Shown here piece after piece: positions 16,952 through 26,998 of a DNA stretch of 64,000 nt. Location: contig JAZSIF010000044.1 in the NCBI GenBank assembly GCA_045533675.1, positions 5,254-69,253 on the forward strand, in the 5' to 3' direction. The notes beneath the pieces are model-generated. The model saw only the letters and a program-made list of their open reading frames with translations. It was not told the origin of the DNA and ran no database searches. Made by a program: the position numbers and the translations under genes. Every line of letters begins with the position of its first letter. Position 1 is the first letter of the stretch. This DNA comes from Eubacteriales bacterium (GTDB lineage Bacteria > Bacillota > Clostridia > Oscillospirales > CAG-272).

Positions 16952-17575
16952 TTAGTCGACGGATTCAATGACGTAAATGCCGCCCTTGCGAACCGACACA
17001 AGCGCGCAGTTTCCCGTGATCTCGTTGGAGACGGCATACTGGAAGCTGCGGGTGAGGGTGGCGTTCTTTAAGGGGTATTTGCAACCCTCCACCGAGACTC
17101 CTTTTGCCTTTTCGGACAGGCAGAGCAGGGAGAGATAGCGGAATCCGCTTCTCGGAATCAGGGTACTGGTGTTTTCGATGTAACGGGCACGGTTTTTGCC
17201 ATCGGTCATGATGGCATGAACTCTCTTCGAAAAGAGGTCCTCCAGAATCGCGAGATTGGAGAGGGTGTGGTCAAGGCGCCCCGAAAGACCGCCGATGAGG
17301 ATGATCTCGTCAGCCCCCTCCTTGAGGGCGGTGTCTACCGCCAATTGGGTGTCAGTAAAGTCCTTTTCGGCGGGGACCCTCAGAACCCTGGCTTTGTCGG
17401 GAATTTTGGAGGCACCGACGGAATCAAAATCACCGAGTACCACTGTGGGAGTCTCTCCCAAGGCAAGCGCGTTGGAAAGCCCCGAGTCGGCGGCGATCAC
17501 CAGATCGTCCCCCTTGGGATGTTCGGTAACGCGAGAGGGGTCCACAGAACCGCCCGTATAAATAAAGGCACGCAT
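16952..17575 (-). CDS. thiN: Thiamine pyrophosphokinase
   Basis: ORF track 16952..17599. MRAFIYTGG..VIAADSG..LGDFDS motifs. Conserved position after rsgA. Confidence 0.88.
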   Translation of the reverse strand: MRAFIYTGGSVDPSRVTEHPKGDDLVIAADSGLSNALALGETPTVVLGDFDSVGASKIPDKARVLRVPAEKDFTDTQLAVDTALKEGADEIILIGGLSGRLDHTLSNLAILEDLFSKRVHAIMTDGKNRARYIENTSTLIPRSGFRYLSLLCLSEKAKGVSVEGCKYPLKNATLTRSFQYAVSNEITGNCALVSVRKGGIYVIESVD

Positions 17576-17589
17576 AATGTTTCGATTCC

Positions 17590-18519
17590 TCACTTCCATT
17601 TTTTCTTATTCTTCAGAATACCGTGTAGCTCTACGTAGCTTGCGTGGCGGGAGGGAGGAATGTTTCCACCGCGCACCGCTTCTAAGATGGCGCAGCCCTC
17701 CTCCTTGGTGTGGGAGCATTTGGTATACTTGCATGCTCCGATGTAGGGGACGAATTCCCGCATGGTTTCGGGAAGCGCTTCGCAGTCGAAGAAATCGAAG
17801 CGCTCGAAATCCAGCATAGAGAAGCCGGGGGTATCAGCGATGTAACCGCAATCGGTGTCTTCCGACAGGGGGAAGAGCTCCACCTTACGGGTGGTGTGCC
17901 GTCCCCGCTCGATCTTTCGGCTGATCTCCGAGGTGGAGAGGTCAAGATGAGGGAAGATGGCATTGAGCAGGGTGGACTTCCCAATGCCCGAAGCCCCCGC
18001 AAAGGCGGCGGTGCGCGTGGGAAGATGCTCCTCCATCCAAGAGGAAAGGGCATCGACCCCTTCGCCCGTCACCGAGCTGAGAGAAAAGCAGGGAAAGCCC
18101 GCGGTCCGATAGATCGCTTCCAGCTCATCGGCATAGGCGGGATTTAATTCTTTTTTGGTAATCACCACCACGGGCTCGATTCCATTGTATTCGGCAATGG
18201 CGAGAAGCTTGTCCTGCGTGATCAGAATGGGAGTGGGAGATGCCACCGCCATGGTGACGAACAGGTAATCAAGATTTGCCATGGGGGGACGGATCAGCGC
18301 GTTGTGGCGGTTTGTAATCGTGTCGATGACAAAATCACCCTCCTCCGAGCGGGAAAGGGTGACCGAGTCGCCGGGCAGAGGGGTGATGCCCTCATGGCGA
18401 AAAGAGCCTCTGGCACGGCAAGAGATCTCCGTACCCACAGGCAGATCGGCGGACTCCAACAGACGGACCGTATAGAGCCCGCCCACGCCTTTGAGAATTT
18501 TTCCGATGGTTGTTGTCAT
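17590..18519 (-). CDS. rsgA: Ribosome small-subunit-dependent GTPase A
   Basis: ORF track 17590..18582. OB-fold N-terminus, GASGIGKSTLLN P-loop, C-terminal Zn motif CKYTKCSHTKEEGC. Start at ATG 18519 with AAGGAA RBS. Confidence 0.92.
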   Translation of the reverse strand: MTTTIGKILKGVGGLYTVRLLESADLPVGTEISCRARGSFRHEGITPLPGDSVTLSRSEEGDFVIDTITNRHNALIRPPMANLDYLFVTMAVASPTPILITQDKLLAIAEYNGIEPVVVITKKELNPAYADELEAIYRTAGFPCFSLSSVTGEGVDALSSWMEEHLPTRTAAFAGASGIGKSTLLNAIFPHLDLSTSEISRKIERGRHTTRKVELFPLSEDTDCGYIADTPGFSMLDFERFDFFDCEALPETMREFVPYIGACKYTKCSHTKEEGCAILEAVRGGNIPPSRHASYVELHGILKNKKKWK

Positions 18520-18578
18520 AATGTTTCCTTTATTTATATAGTCATGGAGTGAGAGCATGGGTGGCAGAGAGAAGAGCG

Positions 18579-19760
18579 TCAAGACGAGCTGACGTAAAGG
18601 TCCACCGACCAGACCGAAGAGGTCAGTGGCGTTCCCGGGAGAGGAGACTGGGAGATTACCGTCCCTTTGGGAGCGGCATTGCCCACAGTATAGGTGCTGC
18701 CTACGGTCAGACCGTATTCTCTCAAAATCTCGGCAGCCTCTTTCTCGCTTCTGCCGTACAGGTCGGGAACGAGGTGAATCTCATATTGATCCCCGAGACT
18801 GACCCAAAGGGAGACCTCGCTATTTGCCTCTAACATGGTGCGCGCGGGGTATTGCTGTTCGATGACCGTGCCCGTGGCATGGGCGGATACCTTGTATTGA
18901 ACGGTGCCAACCGTAAGCCCCGCATATTGCAATCGGTCTCTCGCGGCGGATTCCGAAAGTCCCAGAAGCTCGGGAACGTAGGTCCTTTTGGGAGGGGCGC
19001 CTCGGCTGAGCAACAGCGTGACCCGATCTCCCCCATAGAGGGGAGTTCCCGCGGGTGGGTCGGTGGACAGTACGGTGCCGCTTGGCTCTGAGGATGCTTT
19101 GGCGGAAAAGGATACCGCCATGGAGTGGTTTTTTAGGATGAGCTCGGCATCCCGCAGGGACAGCCCCACCAAATTCTCCAAGGCATAGGGGGTGGGGGCA
19201 CGGCTCACGGTCAGGACGACGTCGGGATAGTCGTCGTCGGAATAGAGACGGCGAACCACACCGCCTTTCGGAGTTTGTGAGATCACAAGTCCGGGGGAGA
19301 CTTCGGGATTTTCTTCATATTGTAAAATGAAATTAAAGGGTACGTCCTCCAGGGAAAAGGAAAGGGGATCCTTGCCCGTCAGGTCGGGAACCGTGACGGT
19401 GGTGTAACGGCGAGCCATAGGGGCGAAGGTAAGGAGGAGAAAGACGCTCATGGTTGCTACGGTGATGGTCAGCACACCGAGACACAGACCTACCAAAAGC
19501 GGCAGGGGAAGTCGTTCCTTTCTCTTGGCTTTTCTCGCGCGTACCCGTGCCACGCACGCCCGATATGCCGCCGCTGCGCGGCTGTTTCTTTTTTGCCGTT
19601 TGCCTGTTCCGTTGGACACCAAATAGGGCTCGGGGTCGGATAGGGGGCAGAAGTCACGGGGAGGGAGAGCGGAAAGGGTGTCTCTTCCTTTGAGGCGCGC
19701 AAGGGTGGGACGGGTGCGGGGAGACCGCTCCTTTTTTGATAGGGAAAAGCGATACTTCAT
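18579..19760 (-). CDS. Membrane protein with four extracellular PASTA domains and no kinase domain
   Basis: 393-aa ORF with AAAGGAGA RBS. About 95-aa Arg/Lys-rich cytoplasmic head, one TM, then four about 65-aa PASTA-like repeats (for example VPELLGLSESAARDRLQYAGLTVG..). No GxGxxG, HRD or DFG motifs. Confidence 0.85.
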   Translation of the reverse strand: MKYRFSLSKKERSPRTRPTLARLKGRDTLSALPPRDFCPLSDPEPYLVSNGTGKRQKRNSRAAAAYRACVARVRARKAKRKERLPLPLLVGLCLGVLTITVATMSVFLLLTFAPMARRYTTVTVPDLTGKDPLSFSLEDVPFNFILQYEENPEVSPGLVISQTPKGGVVRRLYSDDDYPDVVLTVSRAPTPYALENLVGLSLRDAELILKNHSMAVSFSAKASSEPSGTVLSTDPPAGTPLYGGDRVTLLLSRGAPPKRTYVPELLGLSESAARDRLQYAGLTVGTVQYKVSAHATGTVIEQQYPARTMLEANSEVSLWVSLGDQYEIHLVPDLYGRSEKEAAEILREYGLTVGSTYTVGNAAPKGTVISQSPLPGTPLTSSVWSVDLYVSSS

Positions 19761-19803
19761 GATTCGTCTCCTTTATAAAAATATGTAGAGACGAGGAAAA
19801 AGA

Positions 19804-20910
19804 TCATTCAGTGTCGGAAGAATCGTTCTGTTCCTCGGCACGGCGAAGCTGTCCGCAGGAGGCATTGATGTCCGAGCCGAGACGGCGGCGGACGGTGGCT
19901 CGAATCCCCTTCTTCTCCAGAATGGAGGCAAAGCGCTCAATCGCCGCCTTGTCCGAGGCGGAAAAGCCCGTTTCGGTGACGGGATTCACGGGAATGAGAT
20001 TCACGTGAATGGGGAAGGTGGAGGTGTCCTTGGGGGAACGAAGCGCGCTGTTGAGGAGTCTGGCAAGGCTGCCCGCGGCTTCGGGGGAGTCGTTCTTCCC
20101 CGCGATGAGAGTATATTCAAAGGAAAGTCTGCGCCCTGTGACGTCGTAATAGCGGCGGCAGGCGGCAAGCAGATCCTCGATGTTCCATTTTTTGTTTACG
20201 GGCATGATGGTGTTTCTCGTCTCGTTGTCCGAGGCATGGAGCGAAATTGATAGGGTAATGGGAAGGTTTTCTTTGGCAAGACGGTCAATTCCATTCACCA
20301 GTCCGCAGGTAGAGAGGGAAATATGGCGGTAGCCGATATTGAGTCCCTTTTCGTGCCCCACAAGGGTGAGAAAACGAATCACGTTTTCGTAGTTATCGAG
20401 GGGTTCTCCAATGCCCATCATGACCACGTTGGAGATCCGCTCGCCAAGGTCTTTTTCGGCGGAAATGATCTGCCCCAACATCTCGGAGGGGAGAAGGTCA
20501 CGGACCTTGCCGCCGATGGTGGAGGCGCAGAAGGCGCATCCCATGCGGCACCCCACTTGAGAGGAGATGCAGATGGTGTTTCCGTGCTTGTATTTCATGA
20601 CCACGCTCTCCACGCAGTTTCCGTCACGGAGGGTAAAGAGGTACTTGACCGTTCCGTCCAATGCCGAGACCAGCTTGCGGCGCACTGTGGGAAGAAAATA
20701 GTAGGCGACCTCGTTTAGTTTTCCCTTGAGGGCTTTTCCGAGATTGGTCATTTCCTCGGGACTTACACCGTGATGCATAGGGGAAAACATCTGCTCGGCT
20801 CGGTATTTTGGCTCTCCCAAGGACAACATCAGCTCGGTCAGCTCCTCGGGGAGAAGGGAGAGCAGGTCGCGTTTGCTTGCTTGATTCATGGATTCCATTG
20901 ATGACTTCAT
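19804..20910 (-). CDS. rlmN: 23S rRNA/tRNA (adenine-C2)-methyltransferase, radical SAM
   Basis: 368-aa ORF with CRMGCAFC radical-SAM cluster motif. ATGA overlap with the rsmB stop. Confidence 0.93.
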   Translation of the reverse strand: MKSSMESMNQASKRDLLSLLPEELTELMLSLGEPKYRAEQMFSPMHHGVSPEEMTNLGKALKGKLNEVAYYFLPTVRRKLVSALDGTVKYLFTLRDGNCVESVVMKYKHGNTICISSQVGCRMGCAFCASTIGGKVRDLLPSEMLGQIISAEKDLGERISNVVMMGIGEPLDNYENVIRFLTLVGHEKGLNIGYRHISLSTCGLVNGIDRLAKENLPITLSISLHASDNETRNTIMPVNKKWNIEDLLAACRRYYDVTGRRLSFEYTLIAGKNDSPEAAGSLARLLNSALRSPKDTSTFPIHVNLIPVNPVTETGFSASDKAAIERFASILEKKGIRATVRRRLGSDINASCGQLRRAEEQNDSSDTE

Positions 20911-22193
20911 CCTTGCTTTTTGAATTTGGCGATGTAAAATCCGTCGGTTCCGTGTACGTTCGGCAACAGGGTGATCTGTCCCGTGGGGACTGACAGACTG
21001 CCCACCGAAAAGGGGGCGGGGGTAAATTCGGGGTGCTTCTCGAGGAATCGGGCAGCGTTCTTTTCGTTTTCCTCGGGGAGAATGGTACAGGTGGAGTAGA
21101 CGAGAGTGCCGCCGTTCCTCACGTATCGGCAGGCATTGTCAAGGATCGCCAGCTGAATGTCGGGAAGCGCCTCCGACGCGGCGGGGTCCTTATAGCGAAG
21201 CTCGGGCTTTTTTGCAAGCACGCCAAAGCCTGAGCAGGGAACGTCACAGAGAACACGGTCGGCTTTTCCAAAATATTCGGGCAGAGGGTCTCTGCCGTCA
21301 CGGACGGCGGGGGTGATGATGCCGATCCCGAGACGGACCGCGCCCGAGGAAATGAGGGGGAGCTTCTTTTCGTGGAGATCGAAGGCAAAAAGCGCTCCCT
21401 TGTTCTTCATGCGAATGGCAGCGCCAAAGCTTTTGGAGCCCGGGCAGGCGCAGATGTCCATGACGAGATCGCCCTCCTCGGCTCCCAGTGCTTCCACAGC
21501 GATCTGGGAGGCTTCGTCCTGCACGAAGAAAAGTCCGTCCGAGAAGCCATAGAGCTCACGCACCGATCCACGGACGAAAAGCCCTGTGGAGGAATAGGGT
21601 GTGGGGCGGGCATCGGGGATTTTTTCTGCCAGCTCCTCGCGGGAAATTTTCAACGTATTCACCGATAGGGTGGTGGGGGGAATCGAGCCGAAGGCAGCAA
21701 AAAGAGCTTCTGCCTTTTCTCTTCCGTAGACCGACAAGAGCTTGTCCACCAGGGGTTTTCCAACCGAATACTTCACCGACAGGTATTCGGTCAGATCCCC
21801 TTCGTCGGGAAGAATATGCTCGGGGGAGCGCAAGGCACTCCGCAGAACGGCATTGACAAAGCCCGACACTTTTTTCGGAACCAAAGACACGGTCTCATTG
21901 ACAGCGGCATGGGCGGGAATGCGGTCCATAAAGGAGAGCTGATAGAGTCCCAACCGCAGAGCGGTCTTGACCGATTGATCAAGAGTCTCCACGGGACGGG
22001 AGGAAAGGGAGCCGATCCAATGATCAAGGGTCAGCCTTTTTTCGGTAACGCCGTAAACAAGAGCCGCGCAGAGGGCGCGGTCACTGTTGGAAAGCCCCGA
22101 ATGCTCCAGGGCATGATCAAGGGACAGATTGATAAATTGGTCGTTGGTCTCTGCCTTTTGCAACAGGCGAAACGCAAGCTCTCTTGCCGTCAT
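20907..22193 (-). CDS. rsmB: 16S rRNA (cytosine967-C5)-methyltransferase
   Basis: 428-aa ORF. NusB-like N-terminus plus SAM methyltransferase domain (DICACPGSKS, DVPCSG). Conserved position after fmt. Confidence 0.92.
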   Translation of the reverse strand: MTARELAFRLLQKAETNDQFINLSLDHALEHSGLSNSDRALCAALVYGVTEKRLTLDHWIGSLSSRPVETLDQSVKTALRLGLYQLSFMDRIPAHAAVNETVSLVPKKVSGFVNAVLRSALRSPEHILPDEGDLTEYLSVKYSVGKPLVDKLLSVYGREKAEALFAAFGSIPPTTLSVNTLKISREELAEKIPDARPTPYSSTGLFVRGSVRELYGFSDGLFFVQDEASQIAVEALGAEEGDLVMDICACPGSKSFGAAIRMKNKGALFAFDLHEKKLPLISSGAVRLGIGIITPAVRDGRDPLPEYFGKADRVLCDVPCSGFGVLAKKPELRYKDPAASEALPDIQLAILDNACRYVRNGGTLVYSTCTILPEENEKNAARFLEKHPEFTPAPFSVGSLSVPTGQITLLPNVHGTDGFYIAKFKKQG

Positions 22194-22259
22194 AAAGCTC
22201 TCCTTTCCGAGACGTAGGATTTTCTTGAGATCCTACCTCATTTTTTCGTGTTTTGCGGT

Positions 22260-22958
22260 TTAATCCCTTCGTCTGCCGCCTGCCAAAATGATCAGACGCA
22301 GAAGGGTCAAAAGGGAGGTGACCAGGGCTGCCACATAGGTCAGCGCGGCGGCAGTCAGTACCTCACGGGAGGCGGCGCACTCCTCGTCGGTGAGCATTCC
22401 CGAGGATCGAATCGCCTTCATGGCACGGGAGGATGCGTTAAATTCCACAGGCAGGGTCACAAGCTGGAAAAAGGCAATCAGTCCATAGAGCACAATACCC
22501 GCCAGCATGAGATAGTCGGATGCCATCAAGAGACCGATGAAGAAAAGGGGGATCGCCAGCATCGACCCAAATTGGGTCACGGGAACGATGGCGGCGCGAA
22601 GCTTGATGGGCGCGTAGCCCTTGGCGTGCTGGACAGCGTGACCTGCCTCGTGGCAAGCGACACCGATGGCGGCGGCGCTCTTGGAGTCGTGTACGGCGTC
22701 CGAGAGCCGAATCACATTCTCTCGGGGGTCAAAGTGGTCATTGAGCTCCCCTCGGATATGCTCAATCCGCACGTGGGAAAGTCCGTTTCCGTCCAAAACC
22801 CGCCGAGCCGCCTCGGCACCCGTCATGCCCCGACGGGTGGGGAAGGACGCGTATTTCTTATAGGTGCTTTGTACCTTGAACTGTGCCCAGATGGCAAAGA
22901 ACATGGCGGGAAGCACCAAAAGAATGGTCCAGTCAAATCGGAATAATCCAAAGATCAT
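22260..22958 (-). CDS. YugP-type putative neutral zinc metallopeptidase (membrane)
   Basis: 232-aa ORF with HEAGHAVQ zinc motif and flanking TM segments. Confidence 0.85.
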   Translation of the reverse strand: MIFGLFRFDWTILLVLPAMFFAIWAQFKVQSTYKKYASFPTRRGMTGAEAARRVLDGNGLSHVRIEHIRGELNDHFDPRENVIRLSDAVHDSKSAAAIGVACHEAGHAVQHAKGYAPIKLRAAIVPVTQFGSMLAIPLFFIGLLMASDYLMLAGIVLYGLIAFFQLVTLPVEFNASSRAMKAIRSSGMLTDEECAASREVLTAAALTYVAALVTSLLTLLRLIILAGGRRRD

Positions 22959-22974
22959 AATAGAGATACCTCGT

Positions 22975-23907
22975 TTAGTTCAAAAGATCGCCCGCGTTCA
23001 CTTTTCTGCCCCGAACGAAATCCGAGGCGCTCATGCGGGGCTTGCCCTCGGGAAGAACGCCGAGGAGGGTCACCGAGCCCTTCCCGCAGGCAACAGTAAT
23101 GCCGTCCTCCAGGGAAAGTACCCGTCCCGCCTCGCCAAGGACTGTTTCCTCGTCGCAAATACGGGCGGCGGTAATTTTCAAAAGCCTTCCGTCGGGCGTA
23201 TGGGTAAAGGAAAGGGGAATGGGAGAAAGTCCGCGAATTTGGTTATGGACCTCTCTGGCACTGCGAGAAAAGTCAATAAGACAGTCCTCCTTCGCGATTT
23301 TTGCCGCATAGGTGGCACCCGCTTCCTCTTGGGGAACGCGGGGACAATCGCCCGTCTCCAGGGCGGCGAGGGTGCGGACAATGAGAGAAGCGCCGAGGGC
23401 GCCCAGCTTGTCGTGGATCGTCTCGAAATTGTCGTCGTCGGCAATGGGAAGCTCTTCACGGAGGAGCATATCTCCCGTGTCCAGTCCTACGTCCATATAC
23501 ATGGTGGTGATGCCCGTGACCGCTTTGCCGTCGAGAATCGCCCGTTGCATGGGGGCGGCGCCTCTGTACTCGGGCAAAAGGGAGCCGTGGACGTTGACAC
23601 AGCCGTATTTGGGGAAGCGAAGCACCGATTCGGGCAGAATCTTTCCGTATGCTACCACGACGATGATCTCGGGATCAAGCTCGGAAAGCAATGCCGAAAA
23701 GGCTTCGTCCTTCAGGGTATTGGGCTGATAGACGGGAATGCCCGCCGCAAGCGCCGCAACCTTGACGGGAGGCGGGGTGAGGGTATATCCCCGTCCCTTA
23801 GGTTTGTCGGGCTGGGTCAGAACACCGATCATGTCGTGTCCCGCCTCGATCAGCGCTTTCAGGGAAAAGACGGCGAAATCGGGGGTCCCCATAAATAGAA
23901 TCTTCAT
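22975..23907 (-). CDS. fmt: Methionyl-tRNA formyltransferase
   Basis: 310-aa ORF. MKILFMGTPDFAV N-terminus and HGSLLPEYRGAAP motif. Confidence 0.95.
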   Translation of the reverse strand: MKILFMGTPDFAVFSLKALIEAGHDMIGVLTQPDKPKGRGYTLTPPPVKVAALAAGIPVYQPNTLKDEAFSALLSELDPEIIVVVAYGKILPESVLRFPKYGCVNVHGSLLPEYRGAAPMQRAILDGKAVTGITTMYMDVGLDTGDMLLREELPIADDDNFETIHDKLGALGASLIVRTLAALETGDCPRVPQEEAGATYAAKIAKEDCLIDFSRSAREVHNQIRGLSPIPLSFTHTPDGRLLKITAARICDEETVLGEAGRVLSLEDGITVACGKGSVTLLGVLPEGKPRMSASDFVRGRKVNAGDLLN

Positions 23908-23919
23908 GAGTCTTTCTCC

Positions 23920-24375
23920 TTATTCGTTGTCCATGCGAAGGGCACAGTCGATATAGAGCTTGCCGTCCAGGTGGTCCAGCTCATGGCAGAATGCCTTGGC
24001 AAGAAGACCTGACCCCGTATAGTCTACGGTTTCTCCCTTTCGATTCATGGCGCGAACGGTCACGTGCATGGGGCGGCGGGTTACACCCCATCTGCCGGGG
24101 ACGGAGAGACAGCCCTCCTCGCCCTCCTGCTCGCCCGAAAAGGCGATGATCTTGGGATTGATCAGCTCAAAAAGCCCCTCGTCGGGAGTCTCGATGACCA
24201 CGATCCGACGAAGCACGCCTACCTGAGGCGCGGCAAGTCCCACGCCGTCGGCGGCACGCATCGTCTCGATCATATCGTCCAAAAGCGTGAGGACTCTCGG
24301 GGTAATGCTATCTACGGGACGGCAGACCTTTCGGAGAGTGGGGTCGCCTACCTTAAGTATTTTCAGTTTTGCCAT
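23920..24375 (-). CDS. def: Peptide deformylase
   Basis: 151-aa ORF with GVGLAAPQ, EGCLS and HELDH motifs. Confidence 0.95.
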   Translation of the reverse strand: MAKLKILKVGDPTLRKVCRPVDSITPRVLTLLDDMIETMRAADGVGLAAPQVGVLRRIVVIETPDEGLFELINPKIIAFSGEQEGEEGCLSVPGRWGVTRRPMHVTVRAMNRKGETVDYTGSGLLAKAFCHELDHLDGKLYIDCALRMDNE

Positions 24376-24416
24376 AAGATGCTCCTTCTATGTTTTGAAT
24401 GTAAAATCAAGCGTTG

Positions 24417-26906
24417 TCAAAGATTGGATGGATTAAAATCGATGGAGAGACTGAGACCTCGGACCGATGCCCGCGAAAACTCGCAAAGAATCTCCGAGAA
24501 CATGGCGCGGGTCCGCTTCGTGAGACGGCATTTGACGATCACGCGCATACGGTATTTGTTCTCCACCTTATACACCGATGCCTCAAAGGGACCGAAGATT
24601 ACCAAGGGAAGATCGGAATAGGCACCGCTTTTGGCACGGTTCAGCATATCCGAAAGGATGGCGGATGCCTTCGCCAGCTCGGTCTCGTTGTGGGAGGTGA
24701 GCATGAGGGAGGCAATGTCGCAGAAGGGCGGGAAGGTCAGCGCTTTCCGCAGGCGGATCTCTGCCTCGAAAAAGGCTTCATAGTCCTGCTTGCAAGCCAG
24801 ACGAATACACTCGTGATTGGGGTTGGCGGTCTGAATGATCGCCTCGCCCGCGTGGGTTCCCCTGCCTGCCCGTCCAATGACCTGTGTCAGCATGGAAAAG
24901 GTGCGCTCGGCGGCACGGTAATCGTCTAAGTACAGAGAGGTGTCCGCTAAAAGAACGCCCACCAAGGTTACGTTCGGGAAGTCGTGTCCTTTTGTCACCA
25001 TTTGGGTACCAAGCAACACATCCGCCTCGTGGCGGCGAAAGGTCCCCAGCATTTCCTCATAGGAATAGCGGGAGACAGTGGTATCGGTATCCATGCGGAG
25101 AATGCGCGCGTCGGGCAAAAGAGAGGAAACATCTTCCTCTACCCGTTGGGTACCAAAGCCCATACGGGCAAGGTGAACGCTTCCGCAGGCGGGGCAGGTC
25201 TTTGGCAAGGGTGAGCGAGCGCCGCACCAGTGACAGCGAAGCTCTCCCTCCTCATATCCCTTTTTTGTATGATAGGTCATGGACACACTGCAGTGGGGGC
25301 AGAGAATCGCTTCGCCGCAGCTTCGGCAGCTGATGAAATTGTTGTATCCCCGACGGTTGAGAAAGAGGATGGATTGATTCTTTTCCTTTTGCGTAGAGAC
25401 CAGTCTCTCGCAGAGCAAGGACCCCAAGGGAGAAACGGCACTCATAGAGCTGTCCTCCCGCATATCGGCAATGGTAACCTTGGGAAGCGTGGCACCGCCA
25501 AAGCGGTCTTTCAGCTTAACGAGGGTATAGATCCCCGCGGTCGCCTTGTAGTAGCTCTCAAAGGAGGGAGTGGCAGATGCCAAAAGCATCAGCGCCTTGT
25601 GATGGGCGCAACGGAAACGGGCGATGTCCTTGGCGTGATATTTGGGATTCATGTCGGATTTATAGGTGTGCTCCTGCTCCTCGTCCATGACGATCATACC
25701 GAGATGATCGAGCGGGGCGAACACGGCAGAGCGAGTGCCGATGACCACGTCGGCGCCTCCCGATCGGATACGGGCATAGGTGTCAAGCCGTTCGCCTGCC
25801 GATAGTCCCGAGTGAATCACGGCAATCCGCTTGCCAAAGCGGGAGCCAAAGATTTCTAAGGTCTGGGGGGTCAGAGCGATCTCGGGCAGGAGAACGATGA
25901 CACTCTTGCCCTTGGCAAGCACGTGCTCGATGGTTTTGAGCATCACAGAGGTCTTTCCGCTTCCCGTCACACCAAACAGGAGCGCCGCCTTGGCTTCTTC
26001 GGTATCGGACAGAGCGCAAAGCTCCTTATAGGCGGCGGTCTGCTCTTCGTTCAGTTCAATGGGAGGGGGGCAGGGGAGATCGTCTCGCAAGAGACCGCGG
26101 TCGATGGTTCGCTTTTCGCGAGAGATCAGCCCTTTTTTCTCCATGGCGGCGAGCTGGGCGGAAGTCACCCCGCACCTCTCACAGAGGATTGCTTCCCGAT
26201 GCTCCTCCTCGGAAGAGTCAAGGAGATAGCGGAGTACAGTCAGGTGGGCGGCGGACCGAAGCTTTATGGTACTGTCCGTCCCCTTGAGAATGGCATCGGC
26301 ACGGTCGGGAGCCACCGAAAGAGAGGTGACCCATTCGGTCTTTTCCCCGCTTTTGCGGAGCTCGAAGTCCCGAGCGATCAGTCCGAGGGACAGAAGCTGC
26401 TTGATCGATGCCTCGGCCTTTTCACCAAATCGAATTTTTAATAAATCAAAGCGGACGCTTCCGTGTCTTTGGATCAGCTCCCAGACAAGAAGCGCCGCCG
26501 CGTCAAGATCATGAAGCCGCTCGGAGGAGGGAACCGTCCCCGTGGGGCGATAGATCTCCTCCAGATAAGAAAGGGCAGACGAGGGGACCATGGCGCGAAC
26601 GGCGTCGCCAACGGTACAAAGAGTCTGCTCCTTCATAAAAAAGCAAAGGGAGGACATTTCCTCATTCAAGGATACCCCATGATCGCACACCGAAAGGATC
26701 GGCTTGCAGCCGATCTCCTTGCTATCGGGTTGGTCCTTCAGCGATACCACAAGACCCATACGCTTTCGGTTGGCATTCCCAAAGGGGACCATGACGAAGT
26801 CGCCGGGGGAGACTCGGTCCGAAAGCTCGGGCGGAATGAAGTAGTCGAAGGCGTTGTCGAGAAAATAAGGGTTATCCAAGAGATGGATCCCCGCATATTC
26901 GGGCAT
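24417..26906 (-). CDS. priA: Primosomal protein N' (replication restart helicase)
   Basis: 829-aa ORF with AGGAGG RBS. GVTGSGKT Walker A, DEEQ box and a Cys-rich zinc-binding insert (CRSCGEAILCPHC..CHWCG..CPACG). Confidence 0.94.
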   Translation of the reverse strand: MPEYAGIHLLDNPYFLDNAFDYFIPPELSDRVSPGDFVMVPFGNANRKRMGLVVSLKDQPDSKEIGCKPILSVCDHGVSLNEEMSSLCFFMKEQTLCTVGDAVRAMVPSSALSYLEEIYRPTGTVPSSERLHDLDAAALLVWELIQRHGSVRFDLLKIRFGEKAEASIKQLLSLGLIARDFELRKSGEKTEWVTSLSVAPDRADAILKGTDSTIKLRSAAHLTVLRYLLDSSEEEHREAILCERCGVTSAQLAAMEKKGLISREKRTIDRGLLRDDLPCPPPIELNEEQTAAYKELCALSDTEEAKAALLFGVTGSGKTSVMLKTIEHVLAKGKSVIVLLPEIALTPQTLEIFGSRFGKRIAVIHSGLSAGERLDTYARIRSGGADVVIGTRSAVFAPLDHLGMIVMDEEQEHTYKSDMNPKYHAKDIARFRCAHHKALMLLASATPSFESYYKATAGIYTLVKLKDRFGGATLPKVTIADMREDSSMSAVSPLGSLLCERLVSTQKEKNQSILFLNRRGYNNFISCRSCGEAILCPHCSVSMTYHTKKGYEEGELRCHWCGARSPLPKTCPACGSVHLARMGFGTQRVEEDVSSLLPDARILRMDTDTTVSRYSYEEMLGTFRRHEADVLLGTQMVTKGHDFPNVTLVGVLLADTSLYLDDYRAAERTFSMLTQVIGRAGRGTHAGEAIIQTANPNHECIRLACKQDYEAFFEAEIRLRKALTFPPFCDIASLMLTSHNETELAKASAILSDMLNRAKSGAYSDLPLVIFGPFEASVYKVENKYRMRVIVKCRLTKRTRAMFSEILCEFSRASVRGLSLSIDFNPSNL

Positions 26907-26931
26907 AACGTGTCCTCCTGAGAATGGATTG

Positions 26932-26968
26932 AGAAAAAACAGCGGCGGGGGGGCTTGCTCCCGCCGCT
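26932..26968 (-). terminator. Terminator-like hairpin between rpoZ and priA
   Basis: On the minus strand: AGCGGCGGGAG-CAAG-CCCCCCCGCCGCT followed by GTTTTTTC. Confidence 0.65.
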
Positions 26969-26998
26969 ATGACAGTTCCTCTTAAGCGATCCCTCGGA

